Origin: Thermoplasmata archaeon
GTDB lineage: Archaea; Thermoplasmatota; E2; UBA202; JdFR-43
Length of the DNA: 64,000 nucleotides
Assembly (NCBI GenBank): GCA_021162815.1
Contig: JAGGXW010000003.1
Span: 3,542-67,541, forward strand
Direction of reading: 5' to 3'
The notes beneath the pieces were generated by a model that was not told the DNA's origin, did no database searches, and worked only from the letters and a program-made list of their open reading frames with translations. Below are positions 8,999 through 16,247 of this stretch, piece after piece. Each line of letters begins with the position of its first letter. Position 1 is the stretch's first letter. Position numbers and translations under genes: made by a program.

Positions 8999-9226
8999 AT
9001 GGTAAAATACAGTACCGTCTCCATACCAAAAGAACTCCACGAGGAGATAAGAAGGACTGTTCTCGCTGACCCGAGGTTCAAATACAGGAGTGTGGCTGAA
9101 TTTTCTATAGAGGCCATACTTATAAGACTGGATGAAATAAGAAGAGAACTTGAAAAGGAGAAAAGAAATAGAAAAAAAAGACTGGCAAAAATTGTCCAGG
9201 ACATTAAAAAGGAGCTGAAGCTGTAG
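8999..9226 (+). CDS. Ribbon-helix-helix DNA-binding protein (paralog of 7773..8018), first gene of the ten-gene operon
   Basis: MVKYSTVSIPKELHEEIRR aligns with KYSTISIPKELHEEIEK of the other RHH gene. The ORF track opens at 8993 with a GTG, and the ATG at 8999 is more plausible. Confidence 0.6.
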   Translation: MVKYSTVSIPKELHEEIRRTVLADPRFKYRSVAEFSIEAILIRLDEIRRELEKEKRNRKKRLAKIVQDIKKELKL

Positions 9227-9271
9227 TAGAAAAGTTTATATATTTGTTGCTATATATGCAAAATGGTGATT

Positions 9272-9317
9272 TAATATGCCATGGGGTTATGGATTTGGTA
9301 GAGGATGGAGAATGGGA
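9272..9317 (+). repeat. Direct repeat, copy 1 (about 42 nt spanning RBS/start of micro-protein A)
   Basis: TAATATGCCATGGGGTTATGGATTTGGTAGAGGATGG recurs at 9489..9535 with one mismatch plus a 1-nt indel. Confidence 0.7.
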
Positions 9318-9491
9318 AGAGGAAGAGGATTTGGAGCCACACTTGGTTACTGTCCATATACAGGCTTACCAAGAGGCTGGAGATGGTTTATGCCTTATGG
9401 AAACGCAGGGGCGTATGGATACAGAGTGCCGTACACATACTACACACCTTATACACCATATTACAGGCCATACTATCCATGGTGGTGGTAA
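9276..9491 (+). CDS. Gly/Tyr/Trp-rich low-complexity micro-protein A (71 aa)
   Basis: MPWGYGFGRGWRMGRGRGFG ... YYRPYYPWWW. It shares its first 11 aa and about 42 nt with the next ORF, and its stop lies 2 nt before the next ATG. Confidence 0.45.
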   Translation: MPWGYGFGRGWRMGRGRGFGATLGYCPYTGLPRGWRWFMPYGNAGAYGYRVPYTYYTPYTPYYRPYYPWWW

Positions 9492-9535
9492 TAATGCCAT
9501 GGGGTTATGGATTTGGTAGAGGATGGGGAATGGGA
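9489..9535 (+). repeat. Direct repeat, copy 2
   Basis: See copy 1. Confidence 0.7.
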
Positions 9536-9706
9536 TGGCAGTACGGCATGCCATGGCAGCAGTATGGACAGTCATACATGCCTTATCAGCCATACCAGCC
9601 AAGTGTTGAGCAGGAACTTTATATGATTGAGCAGGAATTGAATGCCATAGAGGCAAATCTCGCAAACATAAAGAGAAGGCTTGAGGAGCTGAAAAGAAAT
9701 AAATAG
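9494..9706 (+). CDS. Gly/aromatic-rich micro-protein B with C-terminal coiled coil (DUF5320-like architecture)
   Basis: MPWGYGFGRGWGMGWQYGMPWQQYG ... followed by the heptad-like EQELYMIEQELNAIEANLANIKRRLEELKRNK. The ORF track merges it into the longer, implausible ORF at 9305. Confidence 0.5.
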   Translation: MPWGYGFGRGWGMGWQYGMPWQQYGQSYMPYQPYQPSVEQELYMIEQELNAIEANLANIKRRLEELKRNK

Positions 9707-9722
9707 GGATAGGGTTTAAGGG

Positions 9723-10229
9723 TTGATTAATATGAGAATACTTGTAGCGACAAATTCAGGTGGACTGGATGACATGGTATCATCGGTTTTTGCAAGAAGC
9801 CCCACATTTACTATAATAGAGGCTGATGGGCAGGAAATAAAGGATGTTAAGGTTATACCGAATCAGTTTGCAAACGCCGTACATGGAGCGGGAATACAGG
9901 CAGGCCAGTTTGTGGTGAGCCAGGGAATAGATGTGGCAGTTGCAGGCAATTTTGGGCCCAATGTTTCCTCCATACTTGCCCAGGCAGGGGTGAAGGCAAT
10001 TCCCGCCCAGGGAGTGGTGAAAGATGTCGTCAATGACATACTCTCTGGAAACATGCAGGCTCAATCATTGGCAACTCCAGCACCATCCTATCCTTCTCCG
10101 CAGCAGTATGCACCACCACCCTCCATAAATCCAGATGAAAAAATAGATGAGATGGAGGAGAAGATAGCAAGAATAGAGGCGATGATAAAGGAAATAAAGG
10201 ATATGCTGAAGCATCTCAGGGAGGAATAA
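9723..10229 (+). CDS. NifX/NafY-like dinitrogenase FeMo-cofactor family domain protein (PF02579-like) with Pro/Gln linker and coiled-coil tail
   Basis: MRILVATNSGGLDDMVSSVFARSPTFTIIE ... GAGIQAGQFVVSQGIDVAVAGNFGPNV ... AGVKAI fits the NifX-like fold. The C-terminus PQQYAPPPS ... EKIARIEAMIKEIKDMLKHLREE resembles the tail of micro-protein B. Confidence 0.75.
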   Translation: MINMRILVATNSGGLDDMVSSVFARSPTFTIIEADGQEIKDVKVIPNQFANAVHGAGIQAGQFVVSQGIDVAVAGNFGPNVSSILAQAGVKAIPAQGVVKDVVNDILSGNMQAQSLATPAPSYPSPQQYAPPPSINPDEKIDEMEEKIARIEAMIKEIKDMLKHLREE

Positions 10230-10230
10230 A

Positions 10231-10461
10231 ATGGCAATGGGCATGGGCAGAGGAGCAGGCGCAGGCAGCGGCAAAGGAAGAGGAGCCGGAGGCGGAGCAG
10301 GCGGCGGCTACGGCGGTAGAGGCAGAGGCGGAGGAAGAGGAGCAGGGCCAGGTGGAGAGTGCAGGTGCCCTGCTTGTGGCTATACCATGCCTCATCAGCC
10401 AGGTGTGCCATGCTTTCAGCTTACCTGCCCCAAGTGCGGGGCAAAGATGATAAGAGTTTAA
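10231..10461 (+). CDS. Gly/Arg-rich micro-protein with C-terminal C4 zinc ribbon
   Basis: GRGAGAGSGKGRGAGGGAGGGYGGRGRGGGRGAGPGG followed by CRCPAC ... CPKC, four Cys in ribbon spacing. Its ATG is 2 nt after the upstream stop, and its stop abuts the next ATG. Confidence 0.5.
   Translation: MAMGMGRGAGAGSGKGRGAGGGAGGGYGGRGRGGGRGAGPGGECRCPACGYTMPHQPGVPCFQLTCPKCGAKMIRV
10240..10355 (+). repeat. GC-rich (GGN)n simple-sequence tract inside the micro-protein gene
   Basis: About 115 nt of GGC/GGA/AGA/GCA repeats in an otherwise AT-rich window. Confidence 0.6.
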
Positions 10462-11298
10462 ATGATAATAGCTGTTGCAAGCGGAAAGGGGGGCACAGGC
10501 AAAACAACCGTTGCGACAAATCTGGCCATCTCCATAGGAAAAGCCCGCATACTTGATTGCGATGTTGAGGAGCCAAATGCCAACATTTTCCTTAAATTTG
10601 ACATGGAAAAGAAGGAGGATGTGAATGTTCTCATTCCATCCATAGATAAGCAGAAGTGCACACTCTGCGGGGATTGTGTGAATGCATGCAGATATAATGC
10701 CCTCGCAATGTTGCCAAAGGATATTCTTCTTTTTCCAGAGCTTTGCCATGGATGCGGGCTATGCAGCATGGTTTGCAAATATGATGCAATAACCGAGGTG
10801 CCGAGAAAGATAGGTGAGATACTATATGGAAAAAATGAGGAAATAGAACTGTATCAGGGTCTCCTCAACATTGGAGAGGCGATGGCAACACCCATAATAA
10901 AGGAGTTGAAGAAATATTCCAATGATATGACAATAATAGATGCTCCTCCAGGAAATGCATGCCCCACCATGGAGGCGATAATAGATTCAGATTTCGTCAT
11001 TCTTGTTACAGAGCCAACTCCATTTGGCCTTCATGATTTGAAGATTGCTGTAAGCATTGTGAGAAAATTTGGAATACCTTTTGGAGTGATAATAAACAAG
11101 TATGGAATAGGTGATGATGGAGTGGAAAAATACTGCGAGCAGGAGGGGATAAGGATTATGATGAAAATACCCCACAGCAGGGAAATAGCAAATCTTTACT
11201 CCAAGGGCATACCCTTCGTTGAAAAAATGGAGGGATGGAAGGAAAGATTTATTGAGCTTTATGAGGAGATAAAAAATGAAACAGGTGGCAATAGCTAG
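10462..11298 (+). CDS. MinD/ParA-family P-loop ATPase with inserted 2x[4Fe-4S] ferredoxin domain
   Basis: Deviant Walker A SGKGGTGKTT. Two ferredoxin-type Cys clusters (CTLCGDCVNAC and CHGCGLCSMVC) are inserted after the P-loop. Confidence 0.85.
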   Translation: MIIAVASGKGGTGKTTVATNLAISIGKARILDCDVEEPNANIFLKFDMEKKEDVNVLIPSIDKQKCTLCGDCVNACRYNALAMLPKDILLFPELCHGCGLCSMVCKYDAITEVPRKIGEILYGKNEEIELYQGLLNIGEAMATPIIKELKKYSNDMTIIDAPPGNACPTMEAIIDSDFVILVTEPTPFGLHDLKIAVSIVRKFGIPFGVIINKYGIGDDGVEKYCEQEGIRIMMKIPHSREIANLYSKGIPFVEKMEGWKERFIELYEEIKNETGGNS

Positions 11299-12133
11299 TG
11301 GAAAGGGTGGAACAGGAAAGACAACCCTCACTGCATCATTTGCATCTCTGGCAAAAGATAATACTGTATTTGCAGATTGCGATGTGGATGCATCAAATCT
11401 CCATTTAATTTTTGATCCCGTTGTTAAGGAAAAGGAGGATTTCTACGGCATGGAGCTGGCTGTTGTTGACAAGGAGAAATGCATAATGTGCATGGAGTGT
11501 AAGAAGGCATGCAGGTTCGATGCTATAACAGAGAATATTGACATAATAGCGGAGAGATGCGAGGGATGTGGTGTATGCGAATATGTATGCCCCGTCAAGG
11601 CAATAGAAATGAAGCCAAGGAAATCGGGAGAGGTTTTTGTCTCGGAATCAAGATTTGGATGGCTTGTTCATGCAAGGCTCAATATCGGTGAGGAAACAAG
11701 CGGGAAGCTGGTGGCGGCGGTGAGGAATAAAGCCAAAGAGGTGGCAGAGAAGAATGGTAAAGATATGATAATAATAGACGCTCCGCCAGGCGTTGGATGC
11801 CCCGTTATTGCTTCCATAAGTGGCGTTAATCTCGTTGTTATTGTTGTTGAACCCACGTCTGCTGCAATTCATGATATGAAGAGGGTTAAGGAGGTTGCAG
11901 ATCACTTTAAGGTGCCATGTGCTGTGTGCATAAATAAATATGATATAAATGAGGAGAAGGCAAAGGAGATTGAGGAGTATTGCAGGGAGAATGGAATTGA
12001 GATTGTTGGCAAGATTCCCTATGATACAGTTATCACAGATGCGATGGTGAATGGCAAGAGTGTTGTTGAATACAATAAGAAAGTGGCAAATATTATGAAA
12101 GATATATGGATAAATGTCAAAAATAAATTATAA
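11276..12133 (+). CDS. MinD/ParA-family P-loop ATPase with inserted 2x[4Fe-4S] ferredoxin domain (paralog)
   Basis: SGKGGTGKTT with CIMCMECKKAC and CEGCGVCEYVC. Overlaps the upstream gene by 23 nt. Confidence 0.85.
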   Translation: MKQVAIASGKGGTGKTTLTASFASLAKDNTVFADCDVDASNLHLIFDPVVKEKEDFYGMELAVVDKEKCIMCMECKKACRFDAITENIDIIAERCEGCGVCEYVCPVKAIEMKPRKSGEVFVSESRFGWLVHARLNIGEETSGKLVAAVRNKAKEVAEKNGKDMIIIDAPPGVGCPVIASISGVNLVVIVVEPTSAAIHDMKRVKEVADHFKVPCAVCINKYDINEEKAKEIEEYCRENGIEIVGKIPYDTVITDAMVNGKSVVEYNKKVANIMKDIWINVKNKL

Positions 12134-12620
12134 GGTGCTGAAAAGGATAAAGCTCGTGATTACAGTTATTATAATTGCTGGAGTTATAATTGACACCACC
12201 CTTGTTTACATGGCTGCAAGTTCTCTCAAAATAAATGGAGAGAGAATAAACGGAATATATCCTGAAAATGTTGTTAAGGGCTATTATGAGGTTAAATTTG
12301 AGTTGCAGATTGAAAATCCACAGGACAAGAGCATAGAGGTTGATTACATAAGTTACAACGTTTATATAAACAATGAATTTGTGGGAAAGGGAGCAAAACC
12401 TGCTTTTTCAATTCCTCACGGGGTGCATAACTACACATTCAGCTTGACATTCAACATTTACAATCTCTCTTCATCAACTTCTTCCATAATAATGAATCAG
12501 GGAAACGTGGATGTTAAAATTAAAGGGGATGTTATTGTTCCATTGAAATTTCTTGGCTTATTCACATGGAGGTATATAAAATTGCCATATGAGAAGACTG
12601 AGAATGTGAGAATAAAATGA
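12114..12620 (+). CDS. LEA14/WHy-like (LEA-2 family) membrane-anchored protein
   Basis: N-terminal TM helix followed by a beta-rich domain whose pattern (VKGYYEVKFELQIENPQDKSIEVDYISYNVYINN) is typical of LEA-2/NDR1-like folds. Overlaps the upstream gene. Confidence 0.45.
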   Translation: MSKINYKVLKRIKLVITVIIIAGVIIDTTLVYMAASSLKINGERINGIYPENVVKGYYEVKFELQIENPQDKSIEVDYISYNVYINNEFVGKGAKPAFSIPHGVHNYTFSLTFNIYNLSSSTSSIIMNQGNVDVKIKGDVIVPLKFLGLFTWRYIKLPYEKTENVRIK

Positions 12621-13846
12621 AAAAGGAATTGCTCAAAGCAGGATATAAAAGTGCGTTTTATGTTCTCATAGCCACTTTTGCCCTCTCCATATTCAAACTT
12701 GCTGCAGGTATAATCTCAAACACTCTTGTTGTGGTTGTTGATGGTATGCATTCAATGGTTGATATGGTTGTTCTGATGGTGGCATACATTGGAATAAGAA
12801 TATCATGCAAGGAACCTGATAGAAAATTTCAGTATGGGTATTACAAGGCGGAGAGCATAGCCTCTCTTTTCATTTCTTTATTCATTTTTATTGTTGCATT
12901 TAAATTCATGTACGAAGGCTATATGGCTCTTTTTAAAGAGCCTGAGAGCAAAATGCCATATCTTGCAATATTTGCAACAATCGTTTCCATAATCTCCTCA
13001 TATCTCATGTCTGTTTATCTTCTCAAAGCGGGAAAGAAAACAAAGATGCACTCCCTCATAGCCACATCAAATGAAAGAAAAATGGACATGCTTTCCTCCC
13101 TGATTGTCATTATTGCAATAGTGCTTGGTATGTACCACATAAGATATGTTGAGGGGATAATAACCATGGGCATAGCAGCAATAATACTGAAGACAGGCAT
13201 TCTGAGCTTAAGAGATGCCATAGCCTCTCTCATGGATGTGAGCCCGAGAGATGCTGAGGAGAGAGTAAGAAAAATACTGGAAAATGCCAGAATAAGAGGA
13301 TACAAGGATTTAAAGCTTAGAAAGGCAGGGCCCTTCATATTCGGAGAGGTGAAAATTCTGCTCGATGCATCAATGGATATCCAGTCAGCCCATGATATTG
13401 CAGATGAAATTGAAGAAAAGGTAAAGAAAATAGGGAATGTTGATGGTTTCATAACCCATATCGAGCCATATTCTGGAGATGAGGTTAAGATGGCAATACC
13501 TGTGGAGAAAAGAAGCGGTGATGCAAACATAAGCAGAATATTCGGAAGATCCAGATATTTCATGCTCGTTTATATTGATACAAAGAATAAGGGCATAAAG
13601 AAACTATTCTTTGAGGACAATCCCCATCACGCAAAGGAAAAGCACGCTGGATTGGCGGCCGCCAGCATGCTTGCGGAGACGGGCGTGAGGTGCGTGGTGG
13701 TGAATAAGATAGGGGAGATAGCGTATTATGCTTTGAAAAATAAGGGAATCAGGATTTTTGAGTATGATGGCAGGGCTCTGGAGGCTGTGGATGAGTATAT
13801 GAAAGGGAAGCTTAAGGTGTTGAAAGAGCCAAAGAAGGTGGAATGA
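12617..13846 (+). CDS. Cation diffusion facilitator (CDF) metal transporter fused to a C-terminal NifX-like (PF02579-like) domain
   Basis: Six TM helices with the CDF signature (VVDGMHSMVDM, HxxxD sites). These are followed by the usual cytoplasmic CDF C-terminal domain and then an extra ~100 aa (RIFGRSRYFMLVYIDTKNKGIKKLFFEDNP ... LAETGVRCVVVNKIGEIAYYALKNKGIRIFE) matching the NifX-like fold. Confidence 0.8.
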   Translation: MKKELLKAGYKSAFYVLIATFALSIFKLAAGIISNTLVVVVDGMHSMVDMVVLMVAYIGIRISCKEPDRKFQYGYYKAESIASLFISLFIFIVAFKFMYEGYMALFKEPESKMPYLAIFATIVSIISSYLMSVYLLKAGKKTKMHSLIATSNERKMDMLSSLIVIIAIVLGMYHIRYVEGIITMGIAAIILKTGILSLRDAIASLMDVSPRDAEERVRKILENARIRGYKDLKLRKAGPFIFGEVKILLDASMDIQSAHDIADEIEEKVKKIGNVDGFITHIEPYSGDEVKMAIPVEKRSGDANISRIFGRSRYFMLVYIDTKNKGIKKLFFEDNPHHAKEKHAGLAAASMLAETGVRCVVVNKIGEIAYYALKNKGIRIFEYDGRALEAVDEYMKGKLKVLKEPKKVE

Positions 13847-14427
13847 TGTCATATGAGGATTTTTATGCAACGGACTTCGGAAGGTTTGTTCTTATGAATG
13901 AGGCAGGATATGTGGCAAAGAAAATGCACGGTCTGTTGTTAAGTGTTGGATGCGGTACGGGTATAATAGAAAGGGAGATAGCAAAGGAGGGAAATGAAAT
14001 AATATGTCTTGAGCCATCTGAGGAGATGGTAAAGCTTGCCAGGAGCAGGGTTGAGGTGGTGGAGGGTTATGCAGAGAATATGCCTTTCAGAGATGGAATG
14101 TTTGATGGCGTGTTTTTCATAACCTCCCTCGAGTTTGTTAACGATTATAAGAAAGCCATTGAAGAAGCCCACAGGGTTCTCAAGGAAAATGGAGTGTTTC
14201 TTGCCATGATGCTCAATTTCTCATCCGATTACTTTGCAAGAGCCTATGAAAAGGAGGGCTACATAAGAAGAAATATAAAGCACATGAATAATGAAATGAT
14301 AAAGAAGCATGCTGAAGAATTTTTTGATACCCGGCATTCTCTCTTTCTTTGCGAGGATATGGGCAGTGAATGCGATGATAAAAACAAACTTCTTTATGTG
14401 GTGGAGGGAATAAAGCTCTTACCATGA
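13843..14427 (+). CDS. Class I SAM-dependent methyltransferase
   Basis: Motif I LSVGCGTGII and a post-I acidic residue, a Methyltransf_11-like pattern. ATGA overlap with the upstream gene. Confidence 0.75.
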   Translation: MMSYEDFYATDFGRFVLMNEAGYVAKKMHGLLLSVGCGTGIIEREIAKEGNEIICLEPSEEMVKLARSRVEVVEGYAENMPFRDGMFDGVFFITSLEFVNDYKKAIEEAHRVLKENGVFLAMMLNFSSDYFARAYEKEGYIRRNIKHMNNEMIKKHAEEFFDTRHSLFLCEDMGSECDDKNKLLYVVEGIKLLP

Positions 14428-14844
14428 TTTTAACCTTTCCAGAATTATGGAGGGATTTATTTCCAGCACTCCCTCCATGCTCTTTATTTTATCAAGCAAT
14501 CTGTTCATCTCCCTGCTATCCTTTGCCCATATATCGGCCATTATCATATGTCCTCCCGATGTTATCGCCACACATTTAACATTTTCCATCTCCGTAAGCC
14601 TGCATGCGATTTTCAGAAATGCATTTGTATCTGTATTTATGCCCACATGAGCCACTATTTTGTATCCAATTTTTTCAGGATTTATCTTAAGTGTGTATCC
14701 CTCTATTATTCCATTTTCCTCCAGTTTCTTTATTCTCTTCCTCACCGCCGTCTCGGATATACCCAGCCTTCTGGCTATCTTTATGTAAGGCGTCCTTGCA
14801 TTCTTTGAAAGCATTTCCAGTATTATTTCATCCTTTTCGTCCAT
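14419..14844 (-). CDS. Lrp/AsnC-family transcriptional regulator
   Basis: N-terminal HTH (ILEMLSKNARTPYIKIARRLGISETAVRKRIKKLEENGII) and a C-terminal RAM domain. Confidence 0.85.
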   Translation of the reverse strand: MDEKDEIILEMLSKNARTPYIKIARRLGISETAVRKRIKKLEENGIIEGYTLKINPEKIGYKIVAHVGINTDTNAFLKIACRLTEMENVKCVAITSGGHMIMADIWAKDSREMNRLLDKIKSMEGVLEINPSIILERLKSW

Positions 14845-14904
14845 TCTGGTTCGGAATTTAAACCAAATGGTTATATATTCGCTCTTTATAACTCTTCTGA
14901 TATC
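14845..14904. promoter_or_regulatory. Divergent promoter region between the Lrp-family regulator and the Mbx/Mbs-like operon
   Basis: 60-nt AT-rich spacer containing TTATATA-like elements on both strands. Confidence 0.3.
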
Positions 14905-15417
14905 ATGGAGGAGGGAAAATTTGCATATGTCGCAGTAGTTTTAACCATTATATGGATTGCCCTGATATACAGCCCGGGCATATCAATGGAAGCTTTTCTC
15001 CAGGAGTTTATTGCAGGGGTTGTTGTTGCAGTGGCCATAGCTGCCATAACAGCAGGGAATTTTGAGGATGCTGGATTGAGATATTTTCATCCGAGAAGGG
15101 TGGCATATTTCATAGCATTTCTGTTCATATTTCTCATTGAGATGATAAAGGCAAATCTCAACATGGCAAGAATTGTCCTCTCGCCAAAACCTCCTGTGAA
15201 GCCAGGTATAGTTGAGATAGAAACAGAGCTAAAACAGCCATCTGCAAGGCTTTTCCTGGGGAATGCAATAACTCTAACTCCTGGAACAATGACCCTCGAT
15301 TATAAAGATAACAAGGCATATATTCACTGGGTTTATGTTGAAAGCGAAGACAGCAAAAAGGCGGGAGAGATAATAAAGGGAAAGTTTGAGAAATTCCTGA
15401 AGGAGGTGTACTCATGA
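14905..15417 (+). CDS. Mrp antiporter-like subunit E (MbsA/MbxA-like)
   Basis: Hydrophobic N-terminus and the MnhE-type motif ITLTPGTMTLD. Confidence 0.65.
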   Translation: MEEGKFAYVAVVLTIIWIALIYSPGISMEAFLQEFIAGVVVAVAIAAITAGNFEDAGLRYFHPRRVAYFIAFLFIFLIEMIKANLNMARIVLSPKPPVKPGIVEIETELKQPSARLFLGNAITLTPGTMTLDYKDNKAYIHWVYVESEDSKKAGEIIKGKFEKFLKEVYS

Positions 15418-15674
15418 ATCTGTATTTCTTTTATTTGATAATATCAATTCTTGCTCTTGCCATAGCTCTCTCCGCATACAGGCTGATAAAGGGACCAAGC
15501 TCTGCTGACAGGGCTGTGGCTCTTGATGCCCTCACAAACATAACAACGGCTCTTCTTGCATTAATAGCTGTAATTTCCGCAAGATTCATCTATCTTGATG
15601 TCGCCCTTGTTTATGCCATACTTGCTTTCATAGGTGTTATTGCCATAGCAAGATATCTGGAGGGGGGAATATGA
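15414..15674 (+). CDS. Mrp subunit F-like (MbsB-like)
   Basis: 86 aa with the MnhF motif GPSSADRAVALDALTN. ATGA overlap. Confidence 0.65.
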   Translation: MNLYFFYLIISILALAIALSAYRLIKGPSSADRAVALDALTNITTALLALIAVISARFIYLDVALVYAILAFIGVIAIARYLEGGI

Positions 15675-16006
15675 CGGAAATATTGAATTACCTCGGCATG
15701 CTATTTGTTTTCATCGGAGCCCTGTTTTTCCTCTTCGGCTCCATAGGGTTGATAAGAATGCCAGATTTATACAACAGAATGCAGGCATCAACAAAAACCA
15801 CAACATTGGGGGTGCTATCCTTCCTATTTGGCCTGGGTTTGATGGACCTGCAGTGGATGATTAAATTACTTGTAATAGCTCTCTTCATCGTTCTCACAGC
15901 ACCCGTGGGAGCGAGCGCTCTCGCCAGAGCGGCGTACAAGCATGGTATAAAGCTATGGGAAAACAGCGTTGTTGATAAGTATAGGGGAGGTAAGAAAAAT
16001 GATTGA
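15671..16006 (+). CDS. Mrp subunit G-like (MbsC-like)
   Basis: MnhG motif GLIRMPDLYNRMQASTKTTTLG. Confidence 0.7.
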   Translation: MTEILNYLGMLFVFIGALFFLFGSIGLIRMPDLYNRMQASTKTTTLGVLSFLFGLGLMDLQWMIKLLVIALFIVLTAPVGASALARAAYKHGIKLWENSVVDKYRGGKKND

Positions 16007-16247
16007 GTTCACCATAATGGCATGGATACTTGCATTGCTGGCTGCTGCAGCCGCCATATATGCTGTTGAGACAAAAGATTTGATTTCATCTGCCATAGCA
16101 ATGGGGGTTGCAAGCCTGGTTGTATCAATAATGTTTCTTCTGCTTCAGGCTCCAGATGTGGCGATAACGGAGGCTAGTATAGGGGCTGGAATTACAATGG
16201 CCGTGTTTGTGTATGCAATAGGAAAGACAGGGAGGTGGGAAGAATGA
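15969..16247 (+). CDS. MrpB N-terminal-domain-like small membrane subunit (DUF4040/MbhD-like)
   Basis: Two or three TM helices containing APDVAITEASIGAGI. Confidence 0.55.
   Translation: MLISIGEVRKMIEFTIMAWILALLAAAAAIYAVETKDLISSAIAMGVASLVVSIMFLLLQAPDVAITEASIGAGITMAVFVYAIGKTGRWEE

Noticed and set aside
9244-9706. Alternative-frame ORFs 9244..9519 (acidic 91 aa), 9305..9706 (133 aa) and 9366..9665 (minus) over the micro-protein pair
   Set aside because: They conflict with the two repeated MPWGYGFGRGW ORFs, which share a duplicated start region and zero-spacing coupling. The 9305 ORF merely reads through into micro-protein B in its own frame.
10088-10749. Minus-strand and out-of-frame ORFs (10088..10411, 10216..10749, 10359..10556) over the GGN repeat
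   Set aside because: They are low-complexity Ala/Cys/Ser/Leu translations produced by the GC-rich repeat. The Gly/Arg zinc-ribbon frame is flanked by perfectly abutting genes.
13015-13563. 182-aa minus-strand ORF
   Set aside because: It is antisense to the CDF transporter gene and has no motifs.
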